Shown piece after piece: positions 20,906 to 29,632 of a DNA stretch of 64,000 nucleotides. A program made the translations under genes and the position numbers. Under the pieces are notes generated by a model. That model searched no databases. It saw only the letters and a list, made by a program, of their open reading frames with translations, and was not told where the DNA came from. This DNA is from Campylobacterota bacterium (GTDB lineage Bacteria > Campylobacterota > Campylobacteria > Campylobacterales > Arcobacteraceae), in NCBI GenBank assembly GCA_051746405.1, contig JBNJFB010000003.1, forward strand, positions 12,950 through 76,949. Direction: 5' to 3'. Within the stretch, counting starts at the first letter, position 1; every line of letters begins with the position of its first letter.

Positions 20906-21880
20906 GTGTATAAACCACCGTATAGTATTACAAGTAAGATGGTAAAACAAATAAGTGAAATATCTGAGCTTATTTCAGATATAAAATATATAGACAAAAA
21001 CTATAATACTTTAATGCTTCGTAAAAAAAATAGAGTTCGTTCAATTACAGGAACTTTACAGATTGAAGGAAATAGTTTTGATGAAGAAAAAGTTACAAGT
21101 ATAATAAATAAAAAACCAGTAATTGGGACAATGAGAGAAATAGAAGAGGTAAAAGGTGCAATTGATGCTTATGATAATATTCCAAGGTTTGATTATAAAA
21201 ATGAAAAAGACCTTTTAAAAGCACATAAATATCTTATGATAAATCTTTTAAATAATGCAGGTTCATATCGTCATAGTAATGTAGGAGTTGGAGGAAAAGA
21301 TGGTGTCACACATGTGGCTCCACCACCAAATATGGTACCAAAACTTATGGGTGAACTTTTTAAGTGGCTTCAAAATAGTGATGAGCATTTGCTCATAAAA
21401 TCTTGTGTATTTCATTATGAGTTTGAGTTTATACATCCTTTTAGCGATGGAAATGGAAGAATAGGAAGACTTTGGCAAACTGTTATTCTAAAAGAGTTCA
21501 AAGAGTTTTTTGCATATATGCCAATTGAAAGCATAGTAAGGCAAAATCAATCAAAATACTATAAAGCATTAGAAGATGCAGGAAGTGCAGGCCAGAGTAC
21601 ACCTTTTATTGAGTTTATGTTAGATATTATTGCAAAGTCATTAAAAGTTTATATTCAAGAGACTAAAAAAAGTGACCAAAAAAGTGACCAAAAAAGTGAC
21701 CAAAAAATATTGGAACTTATAAAACAAAATAGTAGTGTAACTATTAAAAATATTTGTAATGAACTTAATATGAGTGAATCAGGGGTAAAAAAAGTTATAA
21801 AAAAACTAAAAGATGCAAATAAGATTAGAAGAGTTGGCAGCTTAAAAAGTGGGCATTGGGAGATAAAAAATGGGTTTTGA
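20906..21880 (+). CDS. Fic-family protein (class II) with C-terminal wHTH
   Basis: Canonical HPFSDGNGRIGR motif, N-terminal inhibitory motif TLQIEGN, C-terminal HTH ending RVGSLKSGHWEI. Confidence 0.92.
   Translation: MYKPPYSITSKMVKQISEISELISDIKYIDKNYNTLMLRKKNRVRSITGTLQIEGNSFDEEKVTSIINKKPVIGTMREIEEVKGAIDAYDNIPRFDYKNEKDLLKAHKYLMINLLNNAGSYRHSNVGVGGKDGVTHVAPPPNMVPKLMGELFKWLQNSDEHLLIKSCVFHYEFEFIHPFSDGNGRIGRLWQTVILKEFKEFFAYMPIESIVRQNQSKYYKALEDAGSAGQSTPFIEFMLDIIAKSLKVYIQETKKSDQKSDQKSDQKILELIKQNSSVTIKNICNELNMSESGVKKVIKKLKDANKIRRVGSLKSGHWEIKNGF
21668..21703 (+). repeat. 12-bp tandem repeat x3 encoding KSDQ
   Basis: AAAAGTGACCAA in three exact in-frame copies. Confidence 0.95.
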
Positions 21881-23234
21881 TAGTCAAATAAAAGATATAA
21901 CAGACAAACAAAAGCTAGAGTTTTTAGATAAGCTTTTAAAAAATGATGAAAGAGTAAAAGAGCAGTTTATAAAATATTTTAATCTTGAAGATAAAATATC
22001 AATGAATTATGATGATAAAGAGTTAGAGTCCCTTGCAAAAGAGATATTTGAAGTATTCAATGGTGTAGATACTGAACTATATATGGAGGCTATGGGATGT
22101 GGTTATGGTAGCTACTTTGGGTATTATTATGAAGATATCCCTGAACAAATAAGTGAAGATCTTTTTATAGAAATCGAAAAAAGATTAGATAGACATTTTA
22201 AAAATAATGATTTTTACCAAATCTTTTTCGTACTTCTTGCAACATCTAAAGCTATAGATTTAGAACCTGAGATTGAAGATAATTTTGGTTTAATCGGTGA
22301 TTATTATGAGCTATTAGATGACTATTTTAATTCATTGGTATTTAAATACTATGAAAAATTAAAAAAATCCAATCTATCTTTTGATAATAAAAAAAGATTA
22401 ATATATTTTTTACTTGATAACTCTTCTTCACAAGATGAAATAAGTAGATTTGAATATTTATTTGAGGAACTAATTACATCTGGAAGTATGGCAAAACAGT
22501 TATCTTCTAGGATATTAGAGTTTAATATAGATACTCAACTTAAGATATTAAATCTCTTAGGAGATGATGAAAAGTATATACAAAGTGCTAAAAAGTTTTA
22601 TAAAGAAGATAGTGGTGTTGCTAAAAAACTACTAAGTAAGTTAAATGAAATAATGGCTTATGATGAGTATGAAAGGATTGCTAAAGAGTGTTTTAAAATA
22701 TATCCAAGCTACTTTATAACTGATATATTTGATGTGATTACATATGAAAAGTCACCTAAATTTTATTTAGAGCTATTGAAATATAAAGTGTTAAATGAGT
22801 CTAGCTTGGAAGATTATATAACTTATAAGAAGTATTTAAATCAAAACGAGTTAGAAAAACTACAAAAGAGTATTTTTAATAGTTATTATAATATAGATTT
22901 TTACATACAAATTTTAGAATATGAAAAGAAGTATGATGTTATATTAAAATTAGCAAAAAATGATAAATATGATCTAAATAAAACTATAAAACCTATAATA
23001 AACTATTTTCCAAGAGAGTGTTTATATATTATAATAAAAAAATCTACTAAAATGTTAGAAAGTGTTGATAGAAACCGGGAAACCTATGTTCAAATATGTA
23101 AGCTACTAAAAATTATGATTGATGTAAATGAAGTTAAAAAAGATATTGAACTATATATAAAAACAAATCTAATAAATAGAAAGCCTAGCTTACCTACACT
23201 AAAGGATGAGTTACAAAAAGCTGGGTTGGTGTAA
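21870..23234 (+). CDS. Hypothetical alpha-helical protein
   Basis: 454 aa, acidic and Tyr-rich. The C-terminus (RETYVQICKLL...RKPSLPTLKDEL) recalls the tail of bacterial SWIM-associated proteins, but no CxC-CxH SWIM motif is present. Confidence 0.7.
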   Translation: MGFDSQIKDITDKQKLEFLDKLLKNDERVKEQFIKYFNLEDKISMNYDDKELESLAKEIFEVFNGVDTELYMEAMGCGYGSYFGYYYEDIPEQISEDLFIEIEKRLDRHFKNNDFYQIFFVLLATSKAIDLEPEIEDNFGLIGDYYELLDDYFNSLVFKYYEKLKKSNLSFDNKKRLIYFLLDNSSSQDEISRFEYLFEELITSGSMAKQLSSRILEFNIDTQLKILNLLGDDEKYIQSAKKFYKEDSGVAKKLLSKLNEIMAYDEYERIAKECFKIYPSYFITDIFDVITYEKSPKFYLELLKYKVLNESSLEDYITYKKYLNQNELEKLQKSIFNSYYNIDFYIQILEYEKKYDVILKLAKNDKYDLNKTIKPIINYFPRECLYIIIKKSTKMLESVDRNRETYVQICKLLKIMIDVNEVKKDIELYIKTNLINRKPSLPTLKDELQKAGLV

Positions 23235-23235
23235 T

Positions 23236-24659
23236 ATGGATATACTACAAAAAATATTAAACGGTGAAGATAGTTACACTCAGTTTAAAATTGATATATC
23301 AAATGCAAATAAATTATCCCAAGAGCTTGTAGCCTTTTCAAATGCAAGAGGTGGATTACTTATCATTGGAGTAGATGATGATGGTGTGATTTTAGGACTG
23401 GAAACCAAAGATATACAAAGGATATAAACCAACTTATAGGAAATGTTATAAATTCGCATATAACACCTCCTATATATCCACTTGTAAAGATTGAAAATAT
23501 TGATGATAAAAGAATCATCGTTATTGAGATAGATGAAGGAAGTAATAAACCATACTCGACTAATAATGGACTATACCTTACAAAAGCAGGAAGTGATAAG
23601 AGAAAAATATCACCACAAGAATTAAGAAGACTTTTTGCAGAATCTAAAAATATTTATCCAGATGAAGAGATACTTCATAAAACAACAATTGAAGATATTG
23701 ATGTAATTAAACTTAAGAGATGGCTAAAAGTTGATAATCCAAATATATTAGAAAAACTAAATAAAAATCAACTAGGGCTTGAGAATATTCTTACAAATCT
23801 AGAACTTCATAAAGATGGTTATTTAACTTTAGCTGGAAATTTGCTATTTGGAGAAAATCCACAAAGATTTTGCCCTTCTTTTTATGTAGATTGTTGCTAT
23901 TTTGATGGTGATGATATAAGTGTCACTAGATTTATATCAAAACAAGTTTTTAAAGGTACTTTTGATGAACTTTATGATGATAGTATGCGATTTGTTACAA
24001 GTCAATTAAGAAGCTATCAAGTAGATGAAAATTCAGTAGAAGATGATTTTAATTCAAATCCAAAATTAGAGATTCAAAAAGAGATTTTAACAGAACTCAT
24101 TATCAATGCTTTAGTACATAGAGATTATTATATAAATTCATCTATTAAAATATTTATGTTTCACAATCGTGTAGAGATAATAAGTCCTGGAAAACTTACA
24201 AATTCACTTACTGTTGAAAAAATAAAAAATGGAATTGCAGTACATAGAAACCCAATACTAAACTCTATTTGTAAAAATCTTTTACCCTACACTGGATATG
24301 GAAGTGGGATTAAAAGAGCAGTTGAACTTGACCCCACTATAGAGTTGATAAATGATATAGATATGGAGCAATTCAAATGTGTAATTAAAAGAGATGATAA
24401 AAAATTTAGAGAGAAACTGGGGGAAAAAGATAAAACTAGGGTAAAAACTAGGGTAAAAACTAGGGTGAAAACTAGGGTGAAAATATTGGAATTGATAAAT
24501 GAAAATCCAACTATCACAAATCAAGAGCTAGCAGATACTTTGGAATTAACTCTAAAAGGTATACAGTGGCAGATAAAAAAACTAAAAGATGAAAATATTT
24601 TAAAAAGGGTTGGAAGTGCAAGAAATGGTCACTGGGAGATAATAGATGAATGGTCTTAA
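23236..24659 (+). pseudogene. Schlafen/AlbA_2 + HATPase_c_4 + wHTH protein, frameshifted
   Basis: N-terminal GEDSYTQFK..ELVAFSNARGGLLIIGVDDDG; C-terminal ELIINALVHRDY, NRVEIISPG, HRNPIL, GYGSGI. Two extra bases near 23422-23425 give a TAA; the other frame is open from 23424 to 24659. Confidence 0.85.
24432..24479 (+). repeat. 12-bp tandem repeat x4 encoding KTRV
   Basis: AAAACTAGGGTA x2 followed by AAAACTAGGGTG x2, in frame. Confidence 0.95.
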
Positions 24660-24750
24660 GCAAGTAACTTTAATAAAATCTGCAAAGTTTGATTTTGCTA
24701 GTGTAAATGTGGAGGGGAATACTCTTTTTATTGGGGCTAATGGTGCATAG
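24646..24750 (+). pseudogene. jetC: N-terminal remnant of an SMC-family ATPase (JetC-like)
   Basis: GGAG SD, then MNGLKQVTLIKSAKFDFASVNVEGNTLFIGANGA*. This is an SMC head beta pattern that stops inside Walker A (GxNGxGK). Not in the ORF track. Confidence 0.75.
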
Positions 24751-24910
24751 TATAGAAGAGATAATTATAAAAAATGGTTCAGTCGATTTATATAAAAATC
24801 AGTATAATAGATATAAAAATATAAAAAGTGAAGATGAAAGTATTCAAAAGCTAATAGATATTATAAATAAATATCAAAAAGCTATAGAGCAAGAGTATTT
24901 TATCATTTAG
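24749..24910 (+). pseudogene. C-terminal remnant of a JetD/MksG-like Toprim protein
   Basis: SIEEIIIKNGSVDLYKNQY...IINKYQKAIEQEYFII*. The terminal [IL]EQE motif and last-gene position fit JetD-like proteins. Confidence 0.5.
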
Positions 24911-25973
24911 GTATAAAATACATTACAGTTTCATAAATACCTTCCATATAGTGCCTAAGGTATATATCATAATCCTCTCTAATACTAAGAATTAAACTTG
25001 GTACTTCATACCAGTCACTTGCTTTATGATAGATACAAACTGCTAAAATTGGATGGTACTTTTTTATACTGTTTTTAGCACCTTGCAAAGCTTTTATTTC
25101 ATCACCTTCTATATCAAGCTTTATAAAGTCTATTTTATCTTTTAGAAGGTTATCTATGGTGTTTATATTTTCTGTTTGATAGTTATGTTTGCAATTATAT
25201 TGTGTTAGTTCTAGTTTATCTTTTATTAGATTCTTTTTATCTCCTAAACCACAGTTTATAAACTCAATATTTTCTAACTTATCATAGTTTTTTTTAGCAA
25301 TTTTTATATGAAGTTCACTTGGTTCAATACAATAAATCTTTTTATAATCTGGATAGTTTTTAAGTATATACTCTAATGTATCCCCAATATAAGCTCCACC
25401 ATCTAAAAAAGAGATATTTTTTATAGGAGGTATTATCTCTTTATCAAAGTATTGGTTTTCATGGTCATTTATAAAACCTTTCATAAACTCTAAGTCATAG
25501 CTTATTTTGAAATTTATTACCTTTTTAAAAATCTCTTTTGATTTGGTATCTTTTAGAAGTTCAAATGTTTTTCTATATCTATTTTTATTATTTAAAAAGT
25601 CCTCTTTAAAATCTTCCATAAAAATAGGTGAGGGTAGTTCAAGTTTGCTATAATTATAAAAGCTAAGATAATTAAAGTTAGTAAATCCTAAGTTATCTAA
25701 CTTCTCTTTAACTTCAAGTGGGCTACCTGTAGCAACACTTAAAATAATTGAGTTCTCTTTTGGTATATCTTCTAGTTTTAGTATATGCTTCTTTTTTGAT
25801 GATTGAACTCTTGTAAAATCATCAATTACTCCATCTATACTAATCTGTTTTGCTATGGCTTTACCAAATCTATTTATACCTAATATATATTTTTTTATAC
25901 TATTTGAGTTTACGAAAAGCCAAGAAAGTTGTTTGTCTTTTTCATTTATATACTCAAAGTCAATTAGATCCAT
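24903..25973 (-). CDS. FkbM-family methyltransferase
   Basis: FLDGGAYIGDT, IDFIKLDIEGDE, LAVCIYH, YLRHY. Confidence 0.9.
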   Translation of the reverse strand: MDLIDFEYINEKDKQLSWLFVNSNSIKKYILGINRFGKAIAKQISIDGVIDDFTRVQSSKKKHILKLEDIPKENSIILSVATGSPLEVKEKLDNLGFTNFNYLSFYNYSKLELPSPIFMEDFKEDFLNNKNRYRKTFELLKDTKSKEIFKKVINFKISYDLEFMKGFINDHENQYFDKEIIPPIKNISFLDGGAYIGDTLEYILKNYPDYKKIYCIEPSELHIKIAKKNYDKLENIEFINCGLGDKKNLIKDKLELTQYNCKHNYQTENINTIDNLLKDKIDFIKLDIEGDEIKALQGAKNSIKKYHPILAVCIYHKASDWYEVPSLILSIREDYDIYLRHYMEGIYETVMYFIPK

Positions 25974-25978
25974 GCTTT

Positions 25979-26791
25979 TTAATCTCTTATTAGTAGTTTT
26001 AAGCTTTTTGCATTAAAAAGTCTTAGTGTATTGCTTTTCATTGCTTTTAATTCACTTGAAAAACCATTATTTGCAAATAGCACAAATATATCCACTTCAA
26101 GACCTATATCTTTACAATCTTTTATAAGTTTTGTTAGTACCGCTTTTTTTATTTTAGAGTTTGTATTCTTGCAAACTCCTGCTATTATTTTATTCTCTTT
26201 TGTTTGAGCTATTACATCTATTTGCCTTGTTTTATCCCAGTATTTACCAAGGTCTTTTATTCCATCTTTTTCATAAAAGTCCCTTGTGTACTCCATACAC
26301 AACTCTTCAAAAATAAACTCTTGAAATTGAGTAAAATTGTTATTAAATCTTTCATTAAACTCTTTATACTTTTTATCTTTTATACCTTTATAAATAGGAG
26401 AGACAAATGCAAACCAAAATCGTAAAAATGATGTTGTAAAAAGAAGTTTCTTTGATACTTCACTATTATTAACTTTTTTTGCTAAAAAGTTAAATGATGA
26501 TTCAATCTCAATAATACCTTTATCACATAAGTTATCAACACAAGTCATTCCCTCTTCAAAGCTAACATGAGCCCTTTTAAAAGATGAATTTGTTCTTCTA
26601 TCACTTAAAGCTATTGCACTTAAAATAGCATGATCTATATGATAACCACCCGTTAAAAGATGAACTTCTTTCTTTATATTTTCATAATTATTTAATATAT
26701 GCTTTTTTATCAAGTCATCTAAGGGTTTAGTTGTATCAATGTCTATATCATATCCGCCAAATACTGAAAAGTACTTTATTGCTGTTTGCAT
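25979..26791 (-). CDS. DUF234-domain protein
   Basis: YFSVFGG, FLRFWFAFV, FEELC, GKYWD..QIDV. The start may lie upstream at ATT 26860. Confidence 0.8.
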   Translation of the reverse strand: MQTAIKYFSVFGGYDIDIDTTKPLDDLIKKHILNNYENIKKEVHLLTGGYHIDHAILSAIALSDRRTNSSFKRAHVSFEEGMTCVDNLCDKGIIEIESSFNFLAKKVNNSEVSKKLLFTTSFLRFWFAFVSPIYKGIKDKKYKEFNERFNNNFTQFQEFIFEELCMEYTRDFYEKDGIKDLGKYWDKTRQIDVIAQTKENKIIAGVCKNTNSKIKKAVLTKLIKDCKDIGLEVDIFVLFANNGFSSELKAMKSNTLRLFNAKSLKLLIRD

Positions 26792-26885
26792 ATCTTTGGG
26801 TTTGTTTCTTTCACAAAAAAGCGCAAACTGCTTTTTTGTTGATAACTCAATTAAAAAAATGTTTTGCCTTTGTATTTTTTATTTT

Positions 26886-28172
26886 TTAGATTCTAAATAA
26901 ATCTTTTGGGTTAATATGGTAAGAGTTTTTTGTTGCTTGGAAGTTTAAGTTATTGCTTACACGTCCTACAACATAACCTTTTTCAATCCACTTACCAACT
27001 TTTAAAGTTGGAGCTATCTCATCAAGATGTGAGTATATTGTATGAAGTCCATTTTTATGTTGAATAATAACAACATTCTCTAACATTCCTGAGTTTCTTT
27101 TTGCATATACTACTTTTCCATTTAAAACTGATACTACTTTTGCTTTTGGTCTTTTTGTTTTTAAAATCACAGATTCATTAAAAAGTTTGATTTTATAAAC
27201 AGGGTCATAATATGTACCAAACTTTTTTACTACTTCAAATGATTTTAAGGGTGCTATTGTCTTACTTCCTCTATATCTTGTAATTTTAATACCTGAAGTT
27301 GAAGAGCCAATTTTTCTAACATCTAAGTTTAACTTTTGTGCAAACTGCTCATTTCTTGTATCACTGTTCATTGCTTTATTTTCGTCTGCATTTTTCTTAT
27401 TTTTTTTAGCAAGAAGTTTTCTTAATCTCTCTTTTCTTCTTTTCTCTTTTTCAATCTCCTCTTTTTTGAGAATATTTAATCTAGATAGTAAGTTTTTTAA
27501 AGACTCCTGTTTACTTGCAACCTCTTTTAGCTTCTTTTGGTACTGTTTATGCTCTTTTTCAAGTAAAGACAGGGAGCTTGAATGTTTTGTTTTTAGACTG
27601 TTTAAGTTTTGTTTTCTTTTTTCTCTTTGTTGTATATATGATGATATCTCATCAATTTTATTTCTATTTTCCTTTGCATTTGATGTTATTACTTCATAGT
27701 TATTATTTAGCTTTAGTATTTTATCTTTTGCATTTTGAGATAATATATTATATATTTCACTATCTATTAGCCCCTTTAGGTTGTTTTTTGAAGCTAATTT
27801 TAAAGCCATTGATGTTGAAAAATCTTCTATAATTGTATTTACAATTTGAGTCTCATTACCTTTTTTTTGTTCTATTAAATCTACTGATTTCTCTTTTAGT
27901 TGTTTAATCTCTTGTTTCGATTTAGTAAGAAGTTTTTTGTGTTTCTCAATATCTGAATTGATTAAGTTTATATTTTTTTCAAGTTTATTAATATTTTCAT
28001 TCTGTTTATTAATTTTTTTTGAAAGTTCATTTATTTTTTGAGTGGTAGCTTTCTTCTTACTTAAGTTCTTATTTAGTATTTGTTTATTATTTCTTATTTT
28101 ATTTTCAATATCTTTTGTTGAACTATAAGATGATGTAATTATAAGTAGTGTTATAAATATTAATTTAATCAT
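26886..28172 (-). CDS. EnvC-like murein hydrolase activator (coiled coil + M23-like domain)
   Basis: Signal peptide from the ATG at 28172, long coiled coil, VVIIQHKNGLHTIYSHL; directly after ftsX. Confidence 0.85.
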   Translation of the reverse strand: MIKLIFITLLIITSSYSSTKDIENKIRNNKQILNKNLSKKKATTQKINELSKKINKQNENINKLEKNINLINSDIEKHKKLLTKSKQEIKQLKEKSVDLIEQKKGNETQIVNTIIEDFSTSMALKLASKNNLKGLIDSEIYNILSQNAKDKILKLNNNYEVITSNAKENRNKIDEISSYIQQREKRKQNLNSLKTKHSSSLSLLEKEHKQYQKKLKEVASKQESLKNLLSRLNILKKEEIEKEKRRKERLRKLLAKKNKKNADENKAMNSDTRNEQFAQKLNLDVRKIGSSTSGIKITRYRGSKTIAPLKSFEVVKKFGTYYDPVYKIKLFNESVILKTKRPKAKVVSVLNGKVVYAKRNSGMLENVVIIQHKNGLHTIYSHLDEIAPTLKVGKWIEKGYVVGRVSNNLNFQATKNSYHINPKDLFRI

Positions 28173-28983
28173 TATTAATCTTATACTTAAATAGAACCCC
28201 AACTATTGTTAAAATAGATATACCAAATGATAGTACAAATATTTTAAATAATTCTAGGTTAAAGTTAACTTTTATATTTACAATGTTTTCTAATTCTGTT
28301 GGGAATAGCACCATCATATTATTAGAAATATAAAATAAAAAAGCACCAACTATTACAAATGATAAAAATGAACTAAGAATAGCATAGTTTAAAACAGATG
28401 AGGCACTATAAAGCACAGATGCCCCATGAAGTCTTAAAATGGATATCTTAGTACTATGTTCATGAAACCAAAGTTTAACTTGTTTTGCTATTATAATTAT
28501 AGCAAAAATTGTAATAATAAAAAATAGTATAAATGAAACACTGTTTAATAAAACTAATAACAGATATGTTTGATTATGATTTTTTGAAAATACTTCAACT
28601 TCTCTTATATTTTTATTTTTACTTAAAATATTTCGTATCTCATAAAGTTGAGAGCTTGTGGGAAAATTCTCTAAATAGATTTGGTAAAAATTAGGCAACT
28701 TTCTTTTTAAAAGCTGTATTGAAGAACTAGAGAGGTTTGATTTCATATTATTTATTATATCGTTTTTTTGTAGTGTTTCTATATTTTTTACATCAATTCC
28801 TGCTAGGGTGGTTATATTATCTTTTATTAGTGGTGTATTTGTTACTATCACTATAGAGTAGTCTTGTGAAATTTTCTCTTTATAGTTGCCAACTACATTA
28901 TTTATAAGCAAATAGATTGTAAAAGTTAAAAGCATAGCTGTTAAGGGTATTAAAAAAGCTAGTACATTTTTAAGAAACTTCAT
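28165..28983 (-). CDS. ftsX: Cell division permease FtsX
   Basis: Four-TM layout, ILRLHGAS, follows ftsE. Confidence 0.85.
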   Translation of the reverse strand: MKFLKNVLAFLIPLTAMLLTFTIYLLINNVVGNYKEKISQDYSIVIVTNTPLIKDNITTLAGIDVKNIETLQKNDIINNMKSNLSSSSIQLLKRKLPNFYQIYLENFPTSSQLYEIRNILSKNKNIREVEVFSKNHNQTYLLLVLLNSVSFILFFIITIFAIIIIAKQVKLWFHEHSTKISILRLHGASVLYSASSVLNYAILSSFLSFVIVGAFLFYISNNMMVLFPTELENIVNIKVNFNLELFKIFVLSFGISILTIVGVLFKYKINND

Positions 28984-29632
28984 AAATCATACCATCCTCT
29001 AGTGAAAGCTGTCTAAATCTTATACCTAAATTTTTAGGAACTCTATGTGTAACTACAACAATTGTAATACCTAATTGCTCATTAGCACCTTTTAATAAAT
29101 TCCATACAACTTCAGCTGAATACTCATCTAGGTTACCTGTTGGTTCATCTGCAATTATTACTTTTGGATTATGTGCTAATGCTCTTGCTACAGCAACTCT
29201 TTGTTGCTCACCACCACTTAGTTCATTTGGATAGTATCCTTTTCTATGTGATAGTCTTACGTGTGCTAAAAGTTTATTAGCTTGGTCTTGTGATACTTCA
29301 TTTGAATAACCGTTTATTTTAAGAGGTACCATGATATTTTCTTCAATAGTATATTCAGCAATTAGTTTATAGTCTTGAAAAATAATTCCAATATCTTTTC
29401 TTAGAATTCTTAATCTTTTCCCTCTTATTTTAAAAACTTCTTGACCTTCAATTTTTAAGCTACCATGCTTTAATGGAATATCACCATAAAATGATTTAAG
29501 CAAAGTTGATTTACCACTACCTGAGTTACCACCAATAAATATAAACTCTTTATGTTTTATAGTAAAATTACCTTTTTTTATAATATATTTATTGTCATCA
29601 TAGGATAAATAAATATTCTTAGCTTCAATCAT
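28970..29632 (-). CDS. ftsE: Cell division ATP-binding protein FtsE
   Basis: GNSGSGKST, IFQDYKLI, LSGGEQQRV, ADEPTGNLD. Confidence 0.92.
   Translation of the reverse strand: MIEAKNIYLSYDDNKYIIKKGNFTIKHKEFIFIGGNSGSGKSTLLKSFYGDIPLKHGSLKIEGQEVFKIRGKRLRILRKDIGIIFQDYKLIAEYTIEENIMVPLKINGYSNEVSQDQANKLLAHVRLSHRKGYYPNELSGGEQQRVAVARALAHNPKVIIADEPTGNLDEYSAEVVWNLLKGANEQLGITIVVVTHRVPKNLGIRFRQLSLEDGMIYEVS

Noticed and set aside
21668..24479. 12-bp tandem arrays as CRISPR repeats or iterons
   Set aside because: They have no spacers, lie in frame inside genes, and no cas or rep gene is nearby.
23841..24659. 272-aa ORF as an independent gene
   Set aside because: Its frame is open back to 23424; it is the distal part of the frameshifted gene starting at 23236.
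24707..24910. 67-aa ORF (MWRGILFLL...) as a real small gene
   Set aside because: Its first third is an off-frame reading of the SMC remnant, so it is better explained as a deletion junction.
19369..24910. The accessory region as a prophage, IS or integrative element
   Set aside because: No integrase, transposase, tRNA target or flanking direct repeats were seen.
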